64,000 bases of DNA from Octopus vulgaris. Lineage: Eukaryota. Numbering within the stretch: position 1 is the stretch's first letter; every line of letters begins with the position of its first letter. This document shows, one piece after another, positions 1 through 12,981 of the stretch. The notes under the pieces are model-generated. The model made no database searches and had not been told where the DNA came from. It was given only the letters and a program-made list of their open reading frames with translations. Where the stretch lies: the NCBI GenBank assembly GCA_951406725.2, contig OX597830.1, positions 66,464,001-66,528,000 of the forward strand, given 5' to 3'. Both the position numbers and the translations under genes were made by a program.

Positions 1-347
1 AAAATTCAACATGACTGGATTTTGACTCCATATGGTGGATGTATCTTCAATTTCTAGTTATGTTGGAATCACAGATATATTTTTATACACACAACTTTTC
101 TAACATATATTTATCTATTTATACATGCATATATATCCATATAAAGAATTGATGTATACACAACAAAGAATAAATCCACAGCAATTAAGAACTCAGTTTA
201 TGACAGATCATTCCACTTGTTTCGTGTTCTATCTGTTTTACATTGAAACTAGCCAGATCCAGTCTTTCATGCCTACTCTACAATGTCACTTCAAAGATAA
301 ACACTCACATCATTGAAATCTTGAAGCTATGAGATAATGTATGATTA

Positions 348-747
348 GGCGAAGGAGTGGCTGTGTGGTAAGTAGCTTGCTAACCAACCACATGGTTCCG
401 GGTTCAGTCCCACTGCGTGGCATCTTGGGCAAGTGTCTTCTGCTATAGCCCCCGGGCCGACCAATGCCTTGTGAGTGGATTTGGTAGACGGAAACTGAAA
501 GAAGCCTGTCGTATATATGTATATGTATGTGTGTGTTTGTGTGTCTGTGTTTGTCCCCCTAGCATTGCTTGACAACCGATGCTGGTGTGTTTACGTCCCC
601 GTTACTTAGCAGTTTGGCAAAAGAGACCGATAGAATAAGTACTGGGCTTACAAAAAGAAAAAGTACCGGGGTTGAGTTGCTCGATTAAAGGCGGTGCTCC
701 AGCATGGCCGCAGTCAAATGACTGAAACAAGTAAAAGATAAAAGATT
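348..747 (+). mobile_element. tRNA-derived SINE, family A (~400 bp, internal TA/TG microsatellite), full length
   Basis: Pol III A-box-like TGGCTGTGTGGTAAG and B-box-like GGTTCAGTCCC, then TTGGGCAAGTG, an internal microsatellite and the tail GGTGCTCCAGCATGGCCGCAGTCAAATGACTGAAACAAGTAAAAG. More than 20 homologous copies or fragments in the window. Confidence 0.9.
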
Positions 748-1546
748 ATAGTTGTTTGGAGCCCTGAATAGGGGTCCCAAGGGCATGTAGATGCTTAGCC
801 GCAATGGACCATCAGGGAACACTTACCCAAACCCCACCCTCCCAGTAAGTGAAAGATTTCCAGTGAGACAGAGAGAAAGAGACCTCCAGTAAGAGTGAGA
901 GAGAGAGATTTCCGTGAGAGAGAGGGGGGTGGGTGAGAAAGAGATTTCAAGTATTGGTGGCAGGGGTGGGAAAGGGTGGGTGCAATCACCGATATGAAGG
1001 GTCATTTTAAGGGTTATAGCAAATCATTTTAGAGAAAAGTATGGGATAAGTATATACAAGTATATAGCCAAGACCAAGGTTAGTCATTTTAGGGGCAGAA
1101 CAAACAAGAAAGAATTATTTTAGAGAAAAGATGGGTTTGAATGAATGAGACAATTAAAAAAAAAAAACAAGGGAGATTCTTTGCTTAGCTGTACATATTT
1201 TCGAGTGTCATCGCCGAACACACGGACTAAACTAAACTAAACTAACGAAAGTCTGAGAGCATGAGGAACAGGTGTAGGGGCGACAGCCAGAAATGGACAA
1301 AGAGAAATAGCAGTGAGTGACCATCGCAATAAGAAATAAGAGATACAGACAGGAATGAAAGTGAACAGTATGAAATATGTATATATATATATCACCGACA
1401 TGAAAGGTCATTTTTGGGGTTATAGCAAATTATATATATATGTATATATATATATATATAAGTAGGTGAATGAATTATCACTGTGGTCACCATGTAGGCA
1501 ATCATCAAAACTTTTGTTCGTCTTGTGGCTGAAAGAGGCTCCTTAT

Positions 1547-1629
1547 CTTTCCTGATGAGAAGATGGCATAATGCACCATTTATTCCTTCGGAATTAAAAG
1601 TATGCCGTCTTCGAAACATGTGTTGAGAG
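1547..1629 (+). ncRNA. Type I hammerhead ribozyme motif, canonical core, inside a ~220-bp (TA)n-embedded element (1461-1680)
   Basis: Stem I CTTTC/GAGAG; core CTGATGA (1552-1558); 12-bp stem II GAAGATGGCATA/TATGCCGTCTTC; GAAA (1613-1616); near-palindromic stem III ACATGTGT then T. A sister copy at ~26880-27020 (-) has GAAACATATGTC. Confidence 0.7.
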
Positions 1630-2465
1630 TAAAGGAATGTTGTTAAAATCTTCGTTCGACTCCATTCTTTCATTTATTCATATATATATATATATATATA
1701 TATAATAACAAAATAATAAATAAAACATATGCATATATACATAAATATATGTACGTACCTCCATCTATATGTATATATACATGCATATATGGGTACAGGA
1801 CACCAAAAAAGCGTAGAACACAATGAGAAACGAAAACATAAAAACAAAACCATGGTAACGGACATTTTTTTACACACATATATACTTTTGTATTGTCACT
1901 GTTTCCCTTTTAGAGCATGCTTTTTCTGACTCATTGATGACTAACTGATAATGTGTGTGTGTGTGTGTGTGTGTGCAGTGAAGGGAAGGAAGCAATAACT
2001 TGCGATACCAATGCTACACCCTAACAAAGTCTTTGCAGAACAATTGCAATGAAATGACTTTGTATGAAAATTATAAGGTTTTCTATTTTAAGCTTTGTTG
2101 GGAGTCACTAACTGTAATAACACTCGTTAATGCAACTGCACCACACACTGATATACTTATGTGCAAGACAAGGAACCAGTCTTAGGAAGGACACATTATA
2201 TCTGAAAAGGTAAAAAAAAAAAAAATGTTTTATCATGGCTGGTAAGCAGAGGCATGCTCAATCTCACCTGATTTGGTTTATATAATAACAGACTAATTCA
2301 GACTGCATGAGTGCCATGTTTGCTCTCTTGGAATTTATTTGAATTATCCTTCGCAGAATATTAGGTGGTTATTAACAAATTGACAAAGATTTTCTTGTTT
2401 GTGTTTCTGACTGCTGTTTCTGGGCTTTGTGTACATATGGATATATGTAAAAGTATATATTTTTT

Positions 2466-2863
2466 TTTACGTGTTTCAGTCATCTTGACTGCGGCCATGC
2501 TGGAGCACCGCCATTAGTTGAGCAAATCGACCCCGGAACTTATTCTTTGTAAGCCCAGTACTTATTCTATCGGTTTCTTTTGCCAAACTGCTAAGTGACG
2601 GGGACATAAACACACCAGCATCGGTTGTCAAGCAATGCTAGGGGGACAAACACAGACACACAAACATACACGCACATATATATATATATATACATATATA
2701 CGACGGGCTTCTTTCAGTTTCCATCTACCAAATCCACTCACAAGGCTTTGGTCGGCCCGAGGCTATAGTCGAAGACACTTGCCCAAGATGCCACGCAGTG
2801 GGACTGAACCCACAACCATGTGGTTGGTAGGCAAGCTACTTACCACACGGCCACTCCTGCGCC
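2466..2863 (-). mobile_element. SINE family A, full length
   Basis: Reverse complement of the 348-747 element. Confidence 0.9.
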
Positions 2864-3010
2864 TATGTGTGCTTACAATAGGGAAGTTAATATGTTCCTT
2901 CCTCAGTAGGGATTGGTGTATATATGTAAATGACTATGCATGCATATAATGACATAACATTATAACTTATGATGTGCGTGTTTGAATGTGTGTGTGTATG
3001 TGCGTATACA

Positions 3011-3600
3011 CATCATTGTCATTTACTGTCTGTTGTGCATGCTGGCATGGGTTGGACAGTTTGACCAGGGCTGGCAAGCTGGAAGGCTGCACCAGACTCC
3101 AGTCTGATTTGGCATGGTTTCTATGGCTGGATGCCCTTCCTAATGCCATCCACTCTGAGAGTGTAATGGATGCTTTTAATGTGACACCGGCATGGGTGCC
3201 ATTTGTGTGACACCACTGCCATGACTGTGGTTTTACTTGGCTTCATGGGTCTTCTTCTCAAGCATAGCATAATGCCAAATAGACTTGTTGTTGCCTCTAT
3301 GTGGCCCAATGCACAAAAGGTACTTTTACGTGCCACCGGCATGGGTGCCATTTGCATGACACTGGTATCTGCCATGACTGGGATTTTACTTGGCTTGATG
3401 GGTCTTCTTCTCACACACAATATAATGCCAAAGGTCATGGTCATTGCATCTGTGAGGCCCAACATTCTAAAGGAACTCAACCACTTTGACTCTGTAAGGC
3501 TCAATGCTTGAAAAGTGCTTTTTACATACCACCTGTACAGGTGCTGGTTACGTGACACTAGCCTCAGCTGTAAAGGCTTGACAGGTCTTCGCAAGCATTT
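3011..3600 (-). mobile_element. Repeat family C (RTE-type-tail SINE-like element) with internal duplications
   Basis: Contains CATGCTGGCATGGGTTGGAC and GGCTGGATGCCCTTCCTAA, shared with more than 10 copies; internal duplicated blocks CATGGGTGCCATTTG...GGGTCTTCTTCTCA. Confidence 0.75.
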
Positions 3601-3728
3601 CAATTGGCTTATATATATATAGACACCACACTCACACACACATAGGTGAGTATTGTAGTTTGCTTGAAGCATTGTGCATTGTTTGTAAAGAATAAAAAGA
3701 TTATAGCAGCGACTCCATCTAAGAATAT

Positions 3729-3765
3729 CTGAAGAAGGAATTTTATTCCGAAATATTATCAGACT
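3729..3765 (+). ncRNA. Degenerate hammerhead-like motif
   Basis: CTGAAGA-A-GGAAT(TTT)ATTCC-GAAA-TATTATC. Core, stem II and GAAA are intact; stem I pairing is poor. Confidence 0.4.
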
Positions 3766-3829
3766 ATGGATGACTAAATTACAACCAGTAAACAGCCCAT
3801 TGTCTCTATTATAGTGCATTGTTGTACCA

Positions 3830-4227
3830 TTACTCTTTTACTTGTTTCAGTCATTTGACTGTGGCCATGCTGGAGCACCGCCTTTAGTTGAGCAAATCGA
3901 CCCCAGGACTTATTCTTTGTAAGCCTAGTACTTATACTATCAGTCTCTTTTGCCGAACAGCTAAGTTACAGGGACATAAACACACCAGCATCGGTTGTCA
4001 AGCAATGTTGGGGGGACAAACACAGACACACAAACATATACACACACACACATACATATATATACAACGGGCTTCTTTCAGTTTCCGTCTACCAAATCCA
4101 CTCACAAGGCTTTGGTCGGCCTGAGGCTGTAGTAGAAGACACTTACCCAAGGTGCCACGCAGTGTGACTGAACCCAGAACCATGTGGTTTGTAAGCAAGC
4201 TACTTACCACACAGCCACTCCTGCGCC
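3830..4227 (-). mobile_element. SINE family A, full length
   Basis: Homologous to 348-747. Confidence 0.9.
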
Positions 4228-4833
4228 ATTCAAAACTTTTTATTCCTTACACGTATATAGATATCATCATCGCCATTTAATGTCCATTTTCCGTACTGGC
4301 ATGGGTTTTGACAATTTGACTGGAGTAGGCAAGCCAGAGGGCAGCACTAGGCTCTAACTGTATGTTTTGATAAGGTTTCTAAGGCTGGGTGCCCGTCCTA
4401 ATGCCATCCTCTTTACAGAGTGTACCAGGTGCTATTACAAGTTACGTGGTGCTGCACAGGAGCTTTGTTATGTGACACTGGCATGAGTACTCTTTTATGC
4501 GGCATTGGCACAGGTGATTCTTCTATGTGGTGCCAGTGTGGATGTTCTTTCACATGGCACCTGCAAGGGTGCTTTTTTACATGACACTGCATAGAGCACT
4601 GGTTCTTCCTCTACATGGTAGTGGCACAGGTGAATTTTTATGAGAGTGAGAATGTCACAGGTGTTTACCTACATATCTGTCCTCTTTCCTCTGTGAGGTG
4701 GTTGGGCATAAAAACGATACCAAAACAGACACAGCAGCATGGTGTAGTCTTCTACCTGGCTGGCTCTTGCTAAACCATTCAACCCATGACAGCATGGAAA
4801 GCATATGTTAATATGTTAAATGATAATGATGAT

Positions 4834-4868
<35 letters not shown>

Positions 4869-4871
<3 letters not shown>

Positions 4872-5070
4872 ACCATGATAGATCGTTAGCCACTACACAT
4901 ATTTTTTTCTCTCCTTTTTTCTCTCTCCTTGTTTTTTCTGTGTCCCTTTCTGTAGAAGAGCATAGGCTCGAAACATAAAAGACTTTTTCTACTCCTGTGC
5001 ATTATACTAATACATATGTTTGTTTTGCACACCACCTGTCTTCGTCTTTTGTTTTTTCGTAAACTCTCCC
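4869..5070 (+). mobile_element. ~200-bp (TA)n-embedded element with variant hammerhead (4946-4981, core CTGTAGA)
   Basis: Flanked by (TA)n on both sides; CTTT-CTGTAGA-A-GAGC(ATAG)GCTC-GAAACATA-AAAG. Homologs at 9128-9335 (-), 11970-12150 (+) and ~61190-61335 (+). Confidence 0.7.
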
Positions 5071-5116
5071 TATATATATATATATATACACACATACATA
5101 TACTTATACATATATA

Positions 5117-5355
5117 CAGGTTGACCCAAAAGTAGGTTTACAGTTATTCAACTTTCACTTTCGCATTCATATATTAACAGTTTAAATTTTAATTATAAAG
5201 AAAAAAACAGGAAACCATTATTCTATGCTAATTTAGTTAATTTTGTCAAGCTCCCTTTTCAGTTTGTAAGATAGAAATTTAAACGTAATAAAATGTTTTA
5301 AAAAGAAATTTGAAGTGCTTACGTGATACTGTAAACCTACTTTTGGGCCACCCTG
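5117..5355. mobile_element. Tc1/mariner-type MITE
   Basis: TIRs CAGGTTGACCCAAAAGTAGGTTTACAGT / ACTGTAAACCTACTTTTGGGCCACCCTG, with TA on both flanks. Confidence 0.85.
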
Positions 5356-5741
5356 TATATGACGATGATGGACACTCCCATCAAAGATGACACATGAGGG
5401 TTCAGCTTTTGGCTGAATGACCTGCACAAATCATTTGCTTATAATGATCAAATATATGTGTTGTACATTAGCTCACTCCCTACAGCAAATTGACGTTACC
5501 TGAACAGGTGCACAGTGTGTACCACACGTCAGATGTCAAAGTGATTACGGAACAAAATGAGATGAAGTGCTTTGCTCAAGGAACATATTGCAGCACGTCT
5601 TGTGTATCTTATCACATGAATTCATTTATGTTCAATGGAGTGATACAGAAACAATTGTAACTTTTTTTTTTTTTGTCTTATTACATGTCATCATTATCAT
5701 CATCATCATCATCATCATCGTTTAACGTCCGTTTTCCACAC

Positions 5742-6066
5742 TCATCATCATTGTTCGACCGTGGTCGAGACAATGGAATTTACCATGCTACGCCACACTT
5801 CACGGTCCATCATGGCATTACGGAGGTCCTGTTGCTGGATGCCTGTATCCCTGGAGATTACACCAGGGTAGGAGAGTGTGCGCCCTCTGGTATCGCGAGC
5901 AGATGGCTTCCAGAGGAGAAGAGTAGAAATTACCTTGTTTTCAGCTCTACAACAATGTCCAGCAAACTGGACTCTCCTACCTTTCACAAGAGATGACACA
6001 GGTGGTAGTTTCCCATATATTTGCATTTTGGTTGGATGGCGCTTCCACGAGAGATTTTGAGCTCTC
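5742..6066 (-). mobile_element. RTE-clade LINE, 3' end of ORF with (TGA)n tail (5'-truncated)
   Basis: Translation LSWKRHPTKMQIYGKLPPVSSLVKGRRVQFAGHCCRA...AMMDREVWRSMV matches the typical RTE post-RT C-terminus (RRL.FAGH..R, DR..WR). Confidence 0.85.
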
Positions 6067-6097
6067 ATAGATACACACACATACATACATTCACACT

Positions 6098-6137
<40 letters not shown>

Positions 6138-6510
6138 CATACAATAGGCTTCTTTCAGTTTCTCTACCAAATCCACTCACAAAGCTTTGGTTGGCCCAGC
6201 GCTATGAGATGACACTTGCTAGCAATGCCATGCAGTGAGACTGAACACAAAACCACGTGGTTGGGAAGAAACTTCCCACGCACACAGCCATGCTTGTTTA
6301 CATACATAGACATGTGCATATACATGCATGCATGCATACATACATACATGCATACATGCATACATACATACAAATGTATGTATGTACATTTATAGATTCA
6401 TATTTTTTATATCAGAAAATACAGGAAATTCTTTAATCATTCATTTTATACACACTCACACATGCACAACACGCATACACGCACGTGTATTTATATGTAT
6501 GTTTGTGTGA

Positions 6511-6555
<45 letters not shown>

Positions 6556-6725
6556 CAAACATGTACACACATGCATATATGTATGCATGCATGTATATAT
6601 ATAAGTTCATATTTTTTTATACCGCAAAATTACTAGAATTTCTCTAATTACATCTTTTATTTTATCTCTGTCTCTCTCTCTCTGTACATATGTGTGAGTG
6701 TGTGTGTGTGTATGTATCTGAGTAT

Positions 6726-6787
<62 letters not shown>

Positions 6788-7377
6788 CGTGTGCACACTC
6801 TTGTGTACATACATATATGCATGTTTCTATATATATATATTTATGTTTTTTTTTATATATATTTTTTTATACATCATAGAATTACAAGAGTTTCTCTAAT
6901 TATGTGTGTCCTTTATTCTTAGATTTATTATGCTCCCCCCGCCTCCTTTTCCGTCTATTTTTAAGTCATACTTCATTTATTCTTATATATTTCATTAAGG
7001 TTATTCGATTAACTCCTCAGCTGTATCAAGTTTATTCAATATCCTTCACTCCTTTGCTCAAATTTCTCAAATATCCCATTTTTCTGCTATACAATGGCAC
7101 TTCAATTTTTTTTTTTTTGTTTTGTTAATTCTTCAGATATTTTCTTCATCCCATTGAAAGAACAAAAAAGAAAAAAAAAAAAGAAAAAGAAAGAAAAACT
7201 TTATCGTGAAGATTCCATATAGAAATCTTTCCTCATCATTTGTTTCCCAATTTTTACTTCATTATCTCAAAGAATGCCTTGTCTGGGATACTATTTCAGT
7301 GGATAGGTTTCAAATCTCTTTCATTTAGTTTCATTTATTGATCCCACCTGCTTTTGATTTATACATACATACATGCA

Positions 7378-7456
<79 letters not shown>

Positions 7457-7466
7457 AACATATGTA

Positions 7467-7497
<31 letters not shown>

Positions 7498-7527
7498 CAT
7501 ATACATATACATAATATATGATGATAT

Positions 7528-7574
<47 letters not shown>

Positions 7575-8426
7575 GATGATATATATGTACAAAGAGAGAC
7601 AGAGAGAGAGAGGGTGTGTGTGAGAGAGAGAGAGAGAGAGAGAGTGCAACATAATGTTATTAACAGTTTTTGCCGGACAGTTTAAATATGATCAAGGTAT
7701 TGTTATTATTCCTTTCATTATTGCTATTGTCATCGTTGTCATCGTCGTCGTCATCATCATCATCAACATAATCATCAACATAATCACCATTGTGTTTGTT
7801 TATGTTTTTTTCTGTTTTGGGGAAATTTGCTTTCATCCCTGTGTTTTTCATTAAAACTTACCGTCTTTATTATGTTGCCCGTTTGTCTCAGCACTGTCTG
7901 ACTTACCAAATACAACAATAGCTATTTTCTTCAAACAATTATACACCTTTTCTTCAACGATTCTATAAAGGAGGCCATGCCGTAATAAATTGATAAATAG
8001 CTATGTATATATATAAAACAAAAATATGTTAATTTCAGTATTACTTGTCTTTTATTCTTTGCTATAAATTCTTTGAATTCAGCAGGAAAAAAAGAATATT
8101 CCTTTCTTTTCATACAGATTCCCATAAAACTCTGCTAACATGATGGCGTCTTTGAGAATAAATCATTCCAACAGAATGGCTATTTAAAATTCTGCAACCA
8201 TGAATTTCATAATGTCATTATTAGTATTCTTGGAATGATTCTTAATTTTAAAATTTCTTCTGCTTCCACCATTTATTGAAAACTGGCAGGAATAAAAGAG
8301 ATTGGAAGAGTCAATTTAATGGCTGTCTTTTACTGTATGTATATATATATATGTATGTATGTTATATTTATACATGCATACTTACATACATACATATGTA
8401 TGTATAAACATACATACATACATACA

Positions 8427-8457
<31 letters not shown>

Positions 8458-9064
8458 TACGTGCTATAAATTTTTATAATTTCTTTAGAACAATAGTCAT
8501 AGAATGGTTAATGTGCTGGATTCTTTGAGAGATTTTCGGTAATCGCAGGCAGAACCTTGTATCTTTAGGCACGACATTCCACTCTGCTTTTTACTTTGAA
8601 GTAAGCCACTTCTAAATATTGCATGATTCATGCACACATACACCCATATATATTGTCATCATCATCATCATCCTCATCATCATTCTTACAACCACTTTTC
8701 CATGCTTGCATGGGTTGATCAGAGTTTATTCAGGCAGATTTTCCATGGCTAGATGCACATCCTGTTGTCACATCTCACCTGTTTCCAACTAAAATGATAT
8801 TTCCCCATGGCCAGACTTGTTTTTGCGGAATATTGATATTGGAAATGAATGAGATAGCTTGCATGGCAGTACGTCCAATATCTGGAGGAAGAAGGTGAGA
8901 TGGATATGACTAGAATACCTGTTGCTATAAGTTTTCTTATCCAGAGCTGATCTGGGCCAAAACTACTTGTGTGATGGTGACATTTAGAGTTATGTAATGT
9001 CAAAACAAGGATACACATGCATGTGTATACCTACATACATACCCATGCATACTCACATGCATAC

Positions 9065-9096
<32 letters not shown>

Positions 9097-9226
9097 ATTC
9101 ATGTGTGTATATATATATATATATATAAACCGGAAGGTTTACAACAAATAAAAGAAAGGAGGAAGGCAGGTGGAGTACAAACAAATAATGTATTAGTATC
9201 GCGCTCAGGAATAGAAATAGAACAAG

Positions 9227-9264
9227 TCTTTTACGTTTCGAGCCTATGCTCTTCGACAGAAAGA
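9227..9264 (-). ncRNA. Minimal type I hammerhead motif, A6U variant core (CUGUCGA)
   Basis: Minus strand reads TCTTT-CTGTCGA-A-GAGC(ATAG)GCTC-GAA-ACGT-A-AAAGA: perfect stems I and II, palindromic ACGT stem III, GUA site. Confidence 0.6.
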
Positions 9265-9335
9265 TACACAGAAAAGAAACACGGAGAGAAACAAGGAGAG
9301 AAAAAAATTGCGTGTCGGAGCTAGCGATCCAACAT

Positions 9336-9750
9336 AGGTGCTGGTGTAGCCATGTGGTAAGAAGTTTGCTTCCCAACCACACAGTTTCAGGTTCAATGCC
9401 ACTGTGTGATTCCTTGGGTAAGTGTCTTCTACTATAACCTCAAGCCGACAAAAGCCTTGTGGGCAGATTTGTCTGACAGGAACTGAAAGAAGCCCTTCAT
9501 GTGTGTGTGTGTGTGTGTGTGAGAGTGTGCATGTGTGTGTGTGTGTGTGTGCGTGCATGTGTGTGTGTGTGTATGTTTTTCTGCTTGTGTTGTCCGCCAC
9601 TGCTTCTTGACAACTGGTGTTGGTTTGTTTATGGCTGTGTAACTTAGCATTTCACCAAAAGTGACCGATAGAATAAGTACCAGGTTTTAATAAATAAGTA
9701 CTAAGGTCCTCCCAGCATGGCTTCAGTCCAATGAATGAAGCAGGTCAAGA
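9336..9750 (+). mobile_element. SINE family A, diverged
   Basis: Homologous head, (TG)n middle and degenerate tail. Confidence 0.8.
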
Positions 9751-9754
9751 ATAA

Positions 9755-9990
9755 CCATGGAATTGCATCTAGAAAGTTCCCCTCTTAGGCACAAGTCCAG
9801 GCAAGGTTGTTTTATGGAAGACCAGCAGTCACCCATGTATACCAGCCTTCCGTCTCCATGCCTCCAATGTTATCCAAGGGAAAGGCCAAATCTTCTTCAA
9901 GAACACAACACACACCCTGGTCTGAGAATTGAACTCACTACCTCATGATTGTGAGCCCGACACTCTTACCACTGAGCTATGCATCTTCAC
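9755..9990 (-). mobile_element. tRNA-derived SINE, further family
   Basis: Minus strand has A box TAGCTCAGTGGTAAG and B box GAGTTCAATTCT, followed by TTGTGTTCTTGAA. Related heads at ~49100-49250 and 56603-56815. Confidence 0.65.
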
Positions 9991-10549
9991 TGTAAATATA
10001 TACAGTTACATTATTCAAATTCCAAAGACTTAACAGTAATGCTATTGTGCTCTCAATTCAAGAATGAACACGGTATAAAAAAAAGTGAAGAGTTAGTATG
10101 ATTGTTAGAATCCTGTGTTAGATATAAAACCCCTAGTTAGATATAAAGGATCTGAGTTGATACTTTTTACATTATGTGTTAGAGGAGGAGCAATGCCTAT
10201 GTCCTTAGCGATTACCGGTTCTGGTTGAATTGTTACAAGTTGACAGCCAGAGGTAAATTATGAATAGGGAAGGAATTACATGGGCCATATAATGTTGTGG
10301 ATATATTTGGAAACAGGTCATGCATGTGAATGTATTTAGAAATATATCCTAGATATAAAAAAAAATGTACAGAAATGAGGTGAAGTTTCTTGAAATACCC
10401 GTATTTTTCTTTTGCTTTTTGTATTTGATTTGCAAGATTCTTGATCTGAACTTGTGTATTGAAACAAATTTTGTTGTACTTCTGGAGGGTTGTTATGCCA
10501 ATAATAAACATCTACACTGTTTCACTTCTTTTATTATTATTATTAGCCA

Positions 10550-10920
10550 ATCATCATCATCATGATCATCATCATCATATAATATCTGTTTTCCATGCTG
10601 GCATGGGTTGGATGTTCTGTGACCAGAGCTTGAAAGCAGGAGAGCTGCACCAAGCTCCCGTCTTATCTCGCTTGGTTTCTACAGCTGGATGTCCTTCCTA
10701 ACGCCAACAACTTTACAGAATGTGCTGGGTGCTTTTTAAATGGCACCAGCATAGGTGCTTTTATTTGATGCTGACACCAACACAGGAGCTTTTTATGTAG
10801 CACTAACATAGGTGCTTTTACAAGGTATCAGCAGGAGGCTCTTGCTGGCCAGTCCTCTTCAACGGGGGGGGCATTAACAATTCTATTGTGGAGGATGGGT
10901 CTTCTTGAGTACAGCAAGGT
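10550..10920 (-). mobile_element. Repeat family C, diverged
   Basis: (CAT)n tail, CCATGCTGGCATGGGTTGGA and CAGCTGGATGTCCTTCCTAACGCCAAC. Confidence 0.75.
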
Positions 10921-10926
10921 TGAGTA

Positions 10927-11301
10927 TGCAGGAGTGGCTGTGTGGTAAGTAGCTTGTTTACCAACCACACAGTTCCGGGTTCAGTCCCACTGCGTGGCAC
11001 GTTGGGCAAGTGTCTTCTACTATAGCCTCGGGCCGACCAAAGCCTTGTGAGTGGATTTGGTAGATGGAAACTGAAAGAAGCCCATCGTATATATGTATAT
11101 ATGTGTGTGTGTGTTTTGTCCCCCTAGCATTGCTTGACAACCGATGCTGGTGTGCTTACGTCCCTGTTACTTAGCGGTTCGACAAAAGAGACCGATAGAA
11201 TAAGTACTGGGCTTACAAAAGAATAAGTCCCGGGGTCGAGTTGCTCGATTAAAGGCGGTGCTCCAGCATGGCCGCAGTCAAAAGACTGAAACAAGTAAAG
11301 A
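10927..11301 (+). mobile_element. SINE family A, full length
   Basis: Homologous to 348-747. Confidence 0.9.
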
Positions 11302-11969
11302 GTACAGCCAATTTGTTGTAACATTTAACCAATTAACCAGTCTGTTGTTTCGTTAATTGTTCAGTCAGTCAGTCAGTCAATTGTGTAGGTTTGTTGAAGT
11401 TCTTTGCAGCCATTTGTGACCTCTCCACTTCAAGCGTGCTTCAGGTATGTCTGCCAATAAATATTAGAAGAATAATAAATTTGAAATGTTCTGAAGCCTA
11501 GTACTTATTCTATCAGTGTCTTTTGCCAAAAGGGAAAAAAGAGAAAGAATTGTATAACGATTCTTTTCCTTTTCTCACCATGCTGTACCACTTGACCGTT
11601 CTTTCTGATCATGGATTTACCTAAAGAAGACCTGATCCAACTGGTTTTTATTGAACCCTCCTGCCCCCACTCAAAGATAACAGACCACAACTAATATCAT
11701 TGATGAGGAACATTCTTCCACTGTCTTACCTGTATTTCTCCAATTATGGAATACCTAACTTCTAGAGTCTTTGCTCGATACAATGCTCCAATTACTGGGA
11801 TATCTCAGAAACAGCTGTCAGAGACTACCGTTACCATTTTGTATTATTTTTACAGTTCATTATGTAGCTAAATTTTAGATTAAATGAAATTAAATGTTCC
11901 TTGTCCCGCACTGCCTTATTATTTTGTCTTTCCTCACTACTTTAACCTATACATATAGGTTAGCCTATA

Positions 11970-12150
11970 TATAGATCTTTAGCCACTACACACATTTTTT
12001 TCTCTCCTTGTTTTTTCTGTGCCCCTTTCTGTAGGAGAGCTTAGACTTGAAATGTAAAAGACTTTTTCTATTCCTGAGCGTTATACTAATACATCTGTTT
12101 GTTTTGTACACCACCTGTCTTTGTCTTTTGTTTTGCTCGTAAACTCTCCC
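11970..12150 (+). mobile_element. (TA)n-embedded element with decayed A6U hammerhead (12025-12062)
   Basis: Aligns over ~180 bp with 4869-5070; the core reads CTGTAGG...GAAATGTA. Confidence 0.7.
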
Positions 12151-12449
12151 TATATATATATATATATATATATATAAGCGAGAATGAAGCAACAAGAATG
12201 GATAGGTTTTTAGTACAATCGTTTCATACAAGGACAGGTTTTATTAAAAGTTGCAAAAATTACATATTCAAGTAAATTCATTTAAATTAACTTGAATCTT
12301 TATTGCTTTTTATATATATATATATATATGGCTCAAAAATATATGAAATTATACAAATAACAGGGACAGGTGAAAGGACAACAAACAGGTTGTATTAGTT
12401 TGATGCTCTGGAAAACTGGAAGTAAAAACTGAGCAGAGAAAACAGATAA

Positions 12450-12510
<61 letters not shown>

Positions 12511-12574
12511 ATTTATTAGGGAATAAGAATTCCGGCATCACAGGGGTTCAAATTATTCTCAATGAGGAAAAATA

Positions 12575-12740
12575 TGTTATTTAGAGATAGTAGTCCCCTT
12601 CATCCCACCATATAAAAGAATTTTAATTTAATTTAATACTTACTACTCATTCCTCAGCCAAGAAATGAGTAGTAAGTATTAAATTAAATTAAAATTCTTT
12701 TATATGGTGGGATGAAGGGGACTACTATCTCTAAATAACA
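12575..12740. repeat. Perfect inverted repeat, 77-bp arms, 12-nt loop
   Basis: TGTTATTTAGAGATAGTAGTCCCC...CTCATT / AATGAG...GGGGACTACTATCTCTAAATAACA. Confidence 0.9.
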
Positions 12741-12754
12741 CACACACATATATA

Positions 12755-12981
12755 TTTCTTTATTGCCCACAAGGGGCTTAACATAGGGGGGACAAACAAG
12801 GATAGACAAAGGGATTAAGTCGATTATATCGACCCAGTGTGAAACTGGTACTTTATTTATCGACCCCGAGAGGCTGAAAGGCAAAGTCGACCCCGGCGGA
12901 ATTTGAACTCGGAACGTAACGACACGAAATACTGCTAAGCATTTCGTCCAGCGCGCTAACATTTCTGCCAGCTCGCCGCCT
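12755..12981 (-). mobile_element. SINE family B (~235 bp)
   Basis: Head GGCGGCGAGCTGGCAGAA, B box GAGTTCAAATTCC and central GCCTTTCA(T/G)CCT-CGGGGTCGATAAA..AGTACC, which resembles the MetaSINE-type central domain. About 15 copies in the window. Confidence 0.85.

Noticed and set aside
3121-3819. 232-aa ORF, the longest in the window
   Set aside because: It overlaps repeat family C subrepeats and a microsatellite and has no recognisable domain.
11765-11827. GAAACAGCTGTC palindromic stem III-like motif
   Set aside because: No recognisable CUGANGA-type core upstream; at best a heavily decayed remnant.
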